Source: Corynebacterium amycolatum
Lineage (GTDB): Bacteria; Actinomycetota; Actinomycetes; Mycobacteriales; Mycobacteriaceae
Reading direction: 5' to 3' (one strand)
DNA length: 32,000 bases
Assembly (NCBI RefSeq): GCF_049243625.1
Contig: NZ_CP046975.1
Under the pieces are notes generated by a model. That model was not told where the DNA came from, searched no databases, and was given only the letters and a program-made list of their open reading frames with translations. Below, in pieces: positions 7,573-15,776 of the stretch (its first letter is position 1; the number at the start of each line of letters is the position of its first letter). The position numbers and the translations under genes are program-made.

Positions 7573-9279
7573 TCCGCGCATACCCACCGGCAGTTTTTTA
7601 TCGCCTGAACGATACGCATTTAGCGCCCTGAACAGGTCTTTTGCCATACCTGGTGCATCATCCATCAGTAACCACCCCGCACGCCATTTACCCAGCATGC
7701 GGCGTTTTGTACCAAACTGCGCATGCGCCCAGCGGGCGAGAACTCGTCCGAAAAAAATCATTTCATCAGCAGTGATTAGTGCCACAGCCATAACTTTTTT
7801 CAGTCCAAAAACGCCCCAAAAACGCCCGATGCCCGCACCCGACTCAATCCACTGCGCAGGCGCAACATTCTGATACCCCTTTGATCCACCATCCGCGCTT
7901 TTCGCCGCATACTTTGAAAAATAAAAACTTGCATGACGCGAGGACTCAAAACTCTGCCGCGTGTGGTGCACACCAGTGCCCGCCATCAGATGCCGCGCAC
8001 GCTCCCCCGAGCTTTGATCGGCAGCAACAATTTTTGCCCATGTCGCAGCAAGCCAGCCAGTAAAATCCACCTGCACCTTTTCGCTGGTCACAGGGCTTTT
8101 CACGGTACACGCCCCCTCTGGCACCACCATCAAAAGATGATAGTGAGGGGCACCCCTACGCTGGAACTCACGCTTCCACACTCCCAGCAGCTCGCGTCCC
8201 CAGTCACGCTGAAACTGCAACCTCAACCGATTCAGGTGCGCATACACGGTTTTTGCATCGGGAGCGACCGCCTGCCAATCCCCCGGATACGTCAACGTCA
8301 CCATGGCGATTTCGCCAGGTTGCTCCAAAAACGCGTTCCAGTCCAATTCGGAAAACGTTGCAATCATTCGAGTGCGCGATTTTTGCGACCACTCAGTAAT
8401 TCGACGGTCTTCCTCGCGTCGCTCACAAGCATCCAGCTGCTCTAGGTAGACCGCCCATTTTTCATGTTCGTGCTGGTTATGGGCGTTTTTCAGGTTCTCG
8501 GTTGCCATCCTTTTTAGAGTCGGCAGAGTGCCCTCTGCCAGCTCTCGGGCATGCCTCAGCGACTCCAGCGCCGCATCCAGCTTTTCCGCAGCAGGGATAA
8601 CCCCAAGCCCCCGCCACTCGCGCATCAGTACCGTGTGCTCACGAATCGCATCCGCACGGACATCTACGTCCGTCGAGGTATCCAGTACGCCCTCTAGCTC
8701 GGTTAGCCGACGCTCTACCGCCACAACGCGCTCTTTATGCCGCGCACGTTCCCTCTCAATCTTCAACAATGCCTTTTGCTGATCTTGCATCTTGCGGTCA
8801 CGTTCCCGTGCCCGCTCATCCCTCTTCTCCCGAAGATTAAAATCGTAGGCACCCAGCCTCAGTAGCGCCGGGGAAATTTGAATCGTCGCCACTTTCCCCT
8901 CTTCCCCTTCCCACGTCCGTGAGGTCAACGTTTCCGCCGCGTCCCGGCATTCTTCTACCGTGGGAAATCCCCTATCTACCTCGGAGTTTTCCTCCCGGGT
9001 GCGAATTTGTCGTGTTTTGGCACATATGGATAAACCATGTGCCAGCTCGTCGCCTGCGGCTCCTCGCCACGCCCCGCCGTCGGCTACACCTACGCTACCG
9101 CGCGCGGTCGCTCCCACACCTACCGCGCCACTCCGCTGCCGCGGGCGCTTGCGCATGCGACCTTCGGTCGTTCGCGCGCCCTTGCCCCTGCGCTCTGCTC
9201 CCGGCTCGTCGCTGCACACGTCCACTACGGCTCCGCCTGGCTGGGCAGTGGGGGTAGAAAACATTTTCGACAACTGCAT
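7543..9279 (-). CDS. rep: Replication initiator, RepSA/pSAM2-like HUH rolling-circle Rep with a long N-terminal extension
   Basis: Core motifs are MVTLTYPGDW, GVWKREFQRRGAPHYHLLMVVPEG (HUH = HYH) and FYFSKYAAK (candidate catalytic Tyr). The N-terminal ~290 aa are Arg/Gly-rich and then coiled-coil. The true start may be internal. Confidence 0.8.
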   Translation of the reverse strand: MQLSKMFSTPTAQPGGAVVDVCSDEPGAERRGKGARTTEGRMRKRPRQRSGAVGVGATARGSVGVADGGAWRGAAGDELAHGLSICAKTRQIRTREENSEVDRGFPTVEECRDAAETLTSRTWEGEEGKVATIQISPALLRLGAYDFNLREKRDERARERDRKMQDQQKALLKIERERARHKERVVAVERRLTELEGVLDTSTDVDVRADAIREHTVLMREWRGLGVIPAAEKLDAALESLRHARELAEGTLPTLKRMATENLKNAHNQHEHEKWAVYLEQLDACERREEDRRITEWSQKSRTRMIATFSELDWNAFLEQPGEIAMVTLTYPGDWQAVAPDAKTVYAHLNRLRLQFQRDWGRELLGVWKREFQRRGAPHYHLLMVVPEGACTVKSPVTSEKVQVDFTGWLAATWAKIVAADQSSGERARHLMAGTGVHHTRQSFESSRHASFYFSKYAAKSADGGSKGYQNVAPAQWIESGAGIGRFWGVFGLKKVMAVALITADEMIFFGRVLARWAHAQFGTKRRMLGKWRAGWLLMDDAPGMAKDLFRALNAYRSGDKKLPVGMRGSVTLRQATQ

Positions 9280-9381
9280 AATGAAAACACCTAGTGTAAT
9301 AGGAGGAAATTTTTACAAAACGGCGGTTACCTAAAACCGCAGGTCAGCCCCGCTCCTCATTTTTGAGTAGCGACTCACTAC

Positions 9382-9426
9382 CTCATAATCCTTTTGTCGC
9401 AGGTTCGAGCCCTGCTGGGGGCACTA
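9382..9426 (+). repeat. attR: distal copy of the 45-bp repeat (orphan tRNA-Met 3' half)
   Basis: ctcataatccttttgtcGcaggttcgagccctgCtgggggcacta. The upstream sequence has no acceptor or D-arm, so this is only a tRNA fragment. Confidence 0.85.
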
Positions 9427-9543
9427 AATGCCCTGGTGAGAGAACTTCCGCGGTTCGACTACCGGGGCTGTTCCCTTTTTGTTCCCTATTTCTCGTCGCC
9501 TGTTTTCTTGTCGCACTCTAGTCTCGGAACTGTCCCCGCCCGC

Positions 9544-10116
9544 TCACGCCCACTTACCCGACATCCGGTTGTAACAGCTGGCACACAGGGAGATGTACTT
9601 CGGCGCTTCGAGTGCCTCAATTTCCACGGTCTCGCCGTCGAGAATAATGCTGCCGTCCGGGTTTAACCGCGCCGTAAAGATGGCCTTCTGCCCACAGGTG
9701 CAAATTGTCTTAATTTCCTCAATGGTGTGGGCGACTTCAAGCAATCGCTGGGAGCCCGGGAAGGCATGCGTGCGAAAGTCGGTACGCAGGCCATAGCAGA
9801 GCACCGGAGTACCGCGAAGGGTAATGCCCAGCAACTGGTCAACCTGGTCAGGGGTGAGAAACTGTGCTTCATCGATGATTAGGCAATCGTGGCCGTCGGC
9901 AAGCGAGGAAAGGTCATCGCCGTCGTGGATGAGGTGCGCGCGTTCCGCAATTCCGATGCGGGAGTGCACGTCGCCGTCAGCCAAAGTATCCACGGCCGGT
10001 TTGGCGATCAACGGTCGCATATCGCGCTCGCGGTAGTTGTGGGCGACGCGAAGGACCTCGATGGATTTTCCGCTGTTCATGGTCCCGTAGCGGAAGTACA
10101 GTTTTGCCATAGCCAT
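9544..10116 (-). CDS. tdk: Thymidine kinase
   Basis: MAMAKLYFRYGTMNSGKSIEVL (P-loop), IIDEAQFL, and the C-terminal Zn ribbon CTCG...CASC. Start taken at ATG 10116 rather than the ORF-track start at 10182. Confidence 0.9.
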   Translation of the reverse strand: MAMAKLYFRYGTMNSGKSIEVLRVAHNYRERDMRPLIAKPAVDTLADGDVHSRIGIAERAHLIHDGDDLSSLADGHDCLIIDEAQFLTPDQVDQLLGITLRGTPVLCYGLRTDFRTHAFPGSQRLLEVAHTIEEIKTICTCGQKAIFTARLNPDGSIILDGETVEIEALEAPKYISLCASCYNRMSGKWA

Positions 10117-10204
10117 CGATTGTAGGGCATCGATTCGCGGGCTCTGACAGGCGTGAAACCGGGCGGCCAACGCGGATTTCAATTCGCGACTATCCTATAT
10201 TTTT

Positions 10205-11209
10205 ATGCAGCCGAATCCTGACCTGAATGAGAATCCAACCGTCGTTGTATGCGGATCGATCCACCTAGATACCCTGGTCCAGGTCGATAGCGTCCCCGCC
10301 GAAGGTGGCACGCTCATCGTTGATGACGGCACTAATTCGCTAGGCGGTAAGGGCGCTAACCAGGCCGTTGCCATTGCTTACGACGGTGTCCGTGCTGTCA
10401 TGGCCGGTACGGTTGGTGAGGATCGCGCTGCGGACGTCGTGGTCGAGGAACTCAACGCACACGGCGTAGATGTCCACTCCATTAAGACTTCCTGGGATTT
10501 GCCGACCGGCAGCGCTTTCGTTGCAACGAACCGCAAGGGCCGCCCGGTCATTTTTGTCCAGCGCGGTGCCGACGCACTGACGGACCCCACCGATTTCGTC
10601 GATGAGTTCGCATCAGCGGATGTCGTGCTCGCACAGGGCGAGCTCCTCCCGGAAGCAACTGAGGCCATCGCGTCCGTCGCATCCATGTACAGCGCGCGAC
10701 TGGTACTGAACCTCAATCCGGTCGTAACCGTTACACCTGCGCTGATTGACCATGCAGATCCGCTGATTGTCAATATGAAGGGCGCCTGGGAAACAATCCG
10801 TCGCCTGGACATCGCCGAGGGTATCCGCGCTACCGACTACCGCGCACAGCTCGAGGCACTACTGCAGTACTGCCCCAGCGTCATCATGCTCCGCGGCGAC
10901 CACGGCTGTCTCTTCGCACAGCACTCCGACGGTATCGATGACGAGCCGACAATCTACGAGCACCCCGCGCTCAAGCTGCCAGAGGAGAAGATTGTCGACG
11001 GCACTGGCTCCGGCGATGCGTTCGTCGGCACGCTCACCGCGGAACTGGCTAAGGGTACCTCGCTTTACGACGCCATCCCTCTGGCCACCGCCGCGGGTGC
11101 AGCAGCCGTACAGGCGGTCGGCGCATGCTCCGCGTTTGTCCGCCGCGAGAAGCTGCTAGAGATGGTCGAGGCGGAGGACTTTCCCCAGATTAAGGAGTAC
11201 GAGGGCTAA
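10205..11209 (+). CDS. PfkB-family carbohydrate kinase (ribokinase-like)
   Basis: 334 aa with GGKGANQAVA near the N-terminus and DGTGSGDAFVG near the C-terminus, the PfkB signatures. Confidence 0.8.
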   Translation: MQPNPDLNENPTVVVCGSIHLDTLVQVDSVPAEGGTLIVDDGTNSLGGKGANQAVAIAYDGVRAVMAGTVGEDRAADVVVEELNAHGVDVHSIKTSWDLPTGSAFVATNRKGRPVIFVQRGADALTDPTDFVDEFASADVVLAQGELLPEATEAIASVASMYSARLVLNLNPVVTVTPALIDHADPLIVNMKGAWETIRRLDIAEGIRATDYRAQLEALLQYCPSVIMLRGDHGCLFAQHSDGIDDEPTIYEHPALKLPEEKIVDGTGSGDAFVGTLTAELAKGTSLYDAIPLATAAGAAAVQAVGACSAFVRREKLLEMVEAEDFPQIKEYEG

Positions 11210-11278
11210 GGGCCGTCAGCAGCCTGGTGTGCGAGCTGGCACCGATTAAGTCAGTGCCAGTGGAGCCAGTGGGAAAAC

Positions 11279-11956
11279 CTACCCAGCATTGTCTGGCAGA
11301 ACGGGCTCAAGCGCCAGCATCACTAAATACCAACTCAGCGAGTACCCGATGAGGAAGACATAGGTAGCGATCGCGTAGATCTTCGCCGGAAAAAAGAAAA
11401 TGGCCGCGGGCACGATGAGAAGCGCCAAAACTGCGAGCGCAGTCCGCGGCAGGTTTTTGACGGTCATGCTGGTGGCCGTTGCCAGGGTTCGGCGTAGCGA
11501 CGATTGACCGTCGGAAAGCGAGCACAGCGAGTAGACCCACGCGGTAATTCCCAGCAGTATTAGCGCCCCGGAGGTAACTCCTGCGGCGAAGATTAGGCCG
11601 ACAGTGCCGAGGTCCGCGCGCGAGATAACGTAGAACTCATAGCCGATGGCACCGGCGAGAACCAAGGTGAACAGCCACCACAAGGTTGGTGTGCGCCAAT
11701 TGTCCAACAGGGCGCGTAAGTAACGCCGTACGGGCCTCGAGCCCTCGTCACGGACCATATCGCGAGCGACCACTACTCCAGCGCGAGTTGCTGCGCCTGC
11801 AGTGACTATCGGGATGGATGCGACGATCATCAGCAGGTTGATGATTACAAGGTCTGCTAACAGCGACCAGGCTGCGTAGAACTTTGTATCGGTGCTGAAA
11901 AATCTATCCACGAGTTCATATCCTAATAAAGGCTGATTAACAGACGAAAGCCTCAA
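11279..11956 (-). CDS. DUF624 (YesL-like) membrane protein associated with sugar ABC importers
   Basis: Polytopic membrane protein (..LADLVIINLLMIVASIPIVTAGAATRAG..) directly downstream of the permease genes. The track start is a TTG inside the 11946..11976 hairpin, so GTG at 11911 is a more likely start. Confidence 0.55.
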   Translation of the reverse strand: MRLSSVNQPLLGYELVDRFFSTDTKFYAAWSLLADLVIINLLMIVASIPIVTAGAATRAGVVVARDMVRDEGSRPVRRYLRALLDNWRTPTLWWLFTLVLAGAIGYEFYVISRADLGTVGLIFAAGVTSGALILLGITAWVYSLCSLSDGQSSLRRTLATATSMTVKNLPRTALAVLALLIVPAAIFFFPAKIYAIATYVFLIGYSLSWYLVMLALEPVLPDNAG

Positions 11957-11976
11957 CCTACGCGGTTGAGGCTTTC
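11946..11976 (-). terminator. Perfect 13-bp stem-loop between the permease genes and the DUF624 gene
   Basis: gaaagcctcaacc-tacgc-ggttgaggctttc. It has no strong U-tract, so it may be an I-shaped terminator or attenuator. Confidence 0.45.
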
Positions 11977-12026
11977 GCTTTCGTAAAACGCGGTGCTTGG
12001 CGCCCTATGCGCTAACGCTTAGGCGA

Positions 12027-12941
12027 CTACCCCTTAACGGCGCCCGCAGCAACACCCTCGATAATGTGCTTCTGGGTAGCGACGTAGAAGATCACAATCG
12101 GAATGATTGCGAGCACCAGCATTGCCATCATCGCGCCAAGGTCACGGTTACCGTTGGAGCCAACGAAGCTCTGCACGACAACCGGGATGGTCTTGTACTT
12201 AGTGGACAGGCCAATGACCAGGTACGGCAGCAGGTAGTCGTTCCATACCCACATCGCGTTAAGAATTGCGACTGTCACTGCAGTCGGCTTGAGCATGGGC
12301 AAAACGATGCGGAAGTAGTTCTGCATCGGAGATGCGCCGTCAATCATCGCGGCTTCCTCGATATCGATCGGGATCGACTTGATGAAGCCGGCAAACATGA
12401 ATACCGACAGACCAGAACCAAAGCCCAAGTAGAGAACCACAATGCCGATTGGGTTGTTCAAATGCAGCATGTCGGCGATCTTGACGGTCGGGAACATCAC
12501 CATCTGGAACGGGATGACCATCGAGAACACAAACAGGTAATACAGCAGCGAGGTCCACCACGTCTTCACCCGCGTGATGTAGTAAGCCGTCATCGCAGAG
12601 AAGAACACAATCGCAATAACCGAGAGGATCGTGATGACAAAGGACCACACGATCGCCCAGCCGAAGCCCTCCTTCATCAGGCCGACGGCGTAGTTTTCGA
12701 ACCCGACCCACATGTCACCTAGTGGCAGCTGGAAGGGGTTATCTGAAATTGCGAACTTGGACTTGAACGAGTTGAAGATAATGAACGCGATTGGCCCCAA
12801 GAACACGACGGTCAAAAACACCAGAATCGCGTAGATGATGACCTTAGATACGCCTCCCACCTTGGCCTCGTCCTGCTTAGCGGGCTTGGACTTTGGGAGC
12901 TTGGTGGTCGTTTCAGTGGTCATTGCAGCGTCGACAGACAT
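12027..12941 (-). CDS. Carbohydrate ABC transporter permease (MalG/TusG-like)
   Basis: 304 aa, 6 TM, EAA-loop-like IDIEEAAMIDGASPMQNYFRIVLP. The ATG directly follows the upstream TAA. Confidence 0.85.
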   Translation of the reverse strand: MSVDAAMTTETTTKLPKSKPAKQDEAKVGGVSKVIIYAILVFLTVVFLGPIAFIIFNSFKSKFAISDNPFQLPLGDMWVGFENYAVGLMKEGFGWAIVWSFVITILSVIAIVFFSAMTAYYITRVKTWWTSLLYYLFVFSMVIPFQMVMFPTVKIADMLHLNNPIGIVVLYLGFGSGLSVFMFAGFIKSIPIDIEEAAMIDGASPMQNYFRIVLPMLKPTAVTVAILNAMWVWNDYLLPYLVIGLSTKYKTIPVVVQSFVGSNGNRDLGAMMAMLVLAIIPIVIFYVATQKHIIEGVAAGAVKG

Positions 12942-13787
12942 TTATGCCTCCACTTCCTTGCTGCGAGTAGCACGCAGCTGCAGCATCGCGATCGCTACGA
13001 CCACGACGACGAAAATTACTGCCTTGGCTTGACCAACGCCCTCCACACCAACTCGGTTGAACATGGTGTTGACGATGTTCAGAGCAACCATTTCTGTCTC
13101 TGAACCCGGCGCACCATTGGTCAGGGCCAAGTTTTGATCGAAGAGTTTGAAAGTGTTCGACAGGGTCAAGAAGAGGCAAATGGTAATCGATGGCATGACC
13201 ATCGGGATAGTAACGTGCCGCAGAATCTCCCAGCGTCCAGCGCCATCAATCTCCGCAGCTTCAATGAGCTCCGGCGGGACATTCTGCAGACCGGCAATAT
13301 AGATAATCATCATGTAGCCGACCAGCTGCCAGTTGATGAGGATGATCAGACCGGCGTAACCGAACTTCCAGTCGGACACAATCGTCGTACCGTACGATGC
13401 CAGCACGGCGTTGATCATCGACTGCCAGGTGTAACCGAGCACAATGCCACCGATAAGGTTCGGCATGAAGAAGACTGTTCGGAAGAAGTTCGTACCCTTC
13501 AGCTTGCGCGTCAGAATCCATGCGATCCAGAACGCGAACAAGTTCACAGTAATGATGGAAACAACAACCACCATGAGAGTAAATCCGAAGGAAGCGACGA
13601 AGCCCTCGCGCTCACTAAAGGCCTTCTGGTAGTTCTCGATACCAACCCACTGCGCATTAGTGATGGTTGTGAAGTCAGTAAATGATAGGAAGAAACCGAT
13701 TACGAACGGCACCAAGAACGCGATTGCAAAGGCAATCAGCGTGGGTAGCACGAAAATTGGGAAATACTTTTTCAATGTTGCTTGCAT
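12942..13787 (-). CDS. Carbohydrate ABC transporter permease (MalF/TusF-like)
   Basis: 281 aa, 6 TM, EAA loop ELIEAAEIDGAGRWEILRHVTIP. Confidence 0.85.
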   Translation of the reverse strand: MQATLKKYFPIFVLPTLIAFAIAFLVPFVIGFFLSFTDFTTITNAQWVGIENYQKAFSEREGFVASFGFTLMVVVVSIITVNLFAFWIAWILTRKLKGTNFFRTVFFMPNLIGGIVLGYTWQSMINAVLASYGTTIVSDWKFGYAGLIILINWQLVGYMMIIYIAGLQNVPPELIEAAEIDGAGRWEILRHVTIPMVMPSITICLFLTLSNTFKLFDQNLALTNGAPGSETEMVALNIVNTMFNRVGVEGVGQAKAVIFVVVVVAIAMLQLRATRSKEVEA

Positions 13788-13812
13788 TTACAACACCGCT
13801 CCTAAAGCTAAA

Positions 13813-13869
13813 GGCGGAGCCCGGTGCCTCGAGACCGGTTTAACAGGTCACCGAGCCCCGAGCTCCGCC
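13813..13869 (-). promoter_or_regulatory. Intercistronic stem-loop between the SBP and permease genes
   Basis: Outer stem ggcggagc/gctccgcc, with inner stem ccggt-gcctcgag-accgg. It lies in the 179-nt SBP-permease gap. Confidence 0.35.
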
Positions 13870-13966
13870 TTGCCATTGGTTGAACTCATTCCGTCGGTTG
13901 TTCATGCACGAGAAACTTTCGCTTCACACTCACCGATGGAATGGCTCACCTTTGATTTGCTGGTAT

Positions 13967-15295
13967 TTAATTGTTTGGAGATTCCGCATTCCAGCTGTCG
14001 GCGAAAGTCTCGACAACCTTGTCCCACGGCATCTTTCCGGAAGCGTACTGCGCCAGCGCTGCGCCAAAATCATCCTTGAACTGCTGAGACGGGAAGTACT
14101 GGAAGTCCCACGGGATGGTGGTCAGATCCTCGTTCTCAATTGCTGCGGCAACTTCCTTGGCCAGCGGGTCATTCGGGGTGTCGGCTTCAGTGAAGTTCTG
14201 GAACGGAGCGATGAATCCAAGATCCTCGACGACGTACTTCTTGCCCTCATCGGTGTTGAACAGCCAATTGACGAAGTCCTTCGTTGCCTTTTGGGAAGCC
14301 TCCGAAGCCTTGGAGTTGACCGTCAGGTAGTTTTCAGTACCAACCGAGATGCCGGTCTTATCCTCGTCCTTCAGACCCATGTACATAGGCATGAACTTAA
14401 TCTTGTCCTGCTTGACCACGTTGCCAGAGACATCGTTGATCTGGGACCATGCCCAGTTGCCATTCTGAACCATAGCGGCCTTGCCCTGAGCGAACTCAGC
14501 CATCGAGTCGGACACAGCCTTCGACGGGGCCAGAGTCTTTTCGACAGTGGAGTTATTCAGGTACAAATCAAAGAGGTTCTTGAACTCCTTGTTGTACTTG
14601 AACTTCACATCAGCGGTTTCCTTGGTGCCAAGGTCCTCGAATTCATAATGAACCGGCCCGTTGGCCAAGTGCGTCTGCCAGCGCCAATCCTCACCGGATG
14701 CGAGCGAGGTGGAAGCGAAGGTGCCGGAGATTCCCAGCTTGTCCTTCTTGGCCTGCATGTCCTCAGCGACTTCCTTCAGCTTTCCGAAGGCCTTGATTTC
14801 GTCGATGCTCTTGGCCTTGGCATCAGGCATCGCGAAGTACTTGTCCATGATCTCTTCGTTATAGATCAGGCCAAATCCCTCGACTGCAAACGGGACGCCG
14901 TATACCTTGCCGTCCTCCCCCTTCAGCGGCTCAATGCCCTCGTTGAGGTTTTGTGCAATTTCAGTGTCAGACATGTCTGCCATGTATTCCTGCCAAGTAC
15001 GCAGGCCCGCCGGACCATTGACTTGGAACAGTGTTGGCGCGTCCTTTTTACCAATCTCGGCCTTCAGAGTCTGCTCATAGGAATTCGAAGCAGCGGTAAC
15101 GACCTTGACCTGAACACCAGTCTTGTCAGTGTATGCCTTCGCAATCTTCTGATATGCGGCATCCTGCTCCGGCTTGAAGTTAAGGAAGTAGACACCACCA
15201 TCTGCAACCGCATCATCACTCGAGCACGCAACCAAACCAGCGGTTGCCATCAGGCCTGCTGCACACAGAGCTGAAAGGCGCTTGAAGTTCTTCAC
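13967..15295 (-). CDS. ABC transporter extracellular solute-binding lipoprotein (family 1, sugar-binding)
   Basis: GTG at 15295 with AGGGAG 8 nt upstream gives VKNFKRLSALCAAGLMATAGLVACSS, a signal peptide plus lipobox. The rest resembles a family 1 sugar SBP. The ORF-track start at 15367 adds 24 unlikely residues. Confidence 0.85.
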   Translation of the reverse strand: MKNFKRLSALCAAGLMATAGLVACSSDDAVADGGVYFLNFKPEQDAAYQKIAKAYTDKTGVQVKVVTAASNSYEQTLKAEIGKKDAPTLFQVNGPAGLRTWQEYMADMSDTEIAQNLNEGIEPLKGEDGKVYGVPFAVEGFGLIYNEEIMDKYFAMPDAKAKSIDEIKAFGKLKEVAEDMQAKKDKLGISGTFASTSLASGEDWRWQTHLANGPVHYEFEDLGTKETADVKFKYNKEFKNLFDLYLNNSTVEKTLAPSKAVSDSMAEFAQGKAAMVQNGNWAWSQINDVSGNVVKQDKIKFMPMYMGLKDEDKTGISVGTENYLTVNSKASEASQKATKDFVNWLFNTDEGKKYVVEDLGFIAPFQNFTEADTPNDPLAKEVAAAIENEDLTTIPWDFQYFPSQQFKDDFGAALAQYASGKMPWDKVVETFADSWNAESPNN

Positions 15296-15776
15296 TATAT
15301 TTTCTCCCTTGAGAAGAAAGGCCACTTCAATGGCACCCTCCGAGTAATTCGGACGGATATTTGCCAACAGCCGTGGCCTAATTGGATTATCCCGCCCTGC
15401 GGCTAGAAGTAGCCTTTCATGCGAACTTCGATGCCACCCACGCGGGCATTCGGTCTCACCAAAATCTTACTTGACCAAAACCAATTTAGGTTGGCCTTCA
15501 GTCAGCTGTGAACAAATGCAAAGGAGAAAAATAGTAAAAGCTCTCGAAAACACACCTAGAATTAGAGCTGTTCTCGAGCTGTTTTCACTGAACAGAGCCA
15601 TCTACCGACACCAAAGCAAGCACCTGGCCGCGACAATCACACACAGACCCGACAACCACCCGACCGCCAAAAGTACCCCTGTTTGGCCTGTATGTATATT
15701 TTTATATACATTCTGGTAGGTCGTTTGGTTGTCACTTTTGAAATAATCGTACGCTCAACAGTCTGCTTTTAGAGAG

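Larger units (their letters stand above)
6572..7713. repeat. Dispersed copies of the octamer TTTGTACC in the element's regulatory hub
   Basis: Exact copies at 6572-6579 (minus orientation), 7120-7127, 7444-7451 and 7706-7713 (plus). AATGTACC lies at 7069-7076, with TTTGTA half-copies at 7031-7036 and 9314-9320 (minus). I saw no copy elsewhere in the window. Confidence 0.6.
3151..9426 (-). mobile_element. AICE-like integrative element (int, xis, rep, FtsK-type tra) inserted in tRNA-Met
   Basis: Bounded by 45-bp direct repeats (43/45 identical) that correspond to the tRNA 3' half. Integrase sits next to the tRNA. RepSA-like HUH initiator and FtsK/SpoIIIE ATPase are present. All but one gene lie on the minus strand. 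Confidence 0.8.

Noticed and set aside
9340-9426. Possible second complete tRNA-Met
   Set aside because: Only the anticodon-loop-to-3'-end half is present. The upstream sequence cannot form an acceptor stem or D-arm, so I interpret it as attR.
11997-12722. 241-aa plus-strand ORF
   Set aside because: It is antisense to the MalG-like permease. The His/Arg/Asp-rich translation is implausible.
13880-15274. 464-aa plus-strand ORF
   Set aside because: It lies entirely antisense to the solute-binding lipoprotein gene. It is Leu/Arg/Val-rich with no motifs, so it is a shadow ORF.
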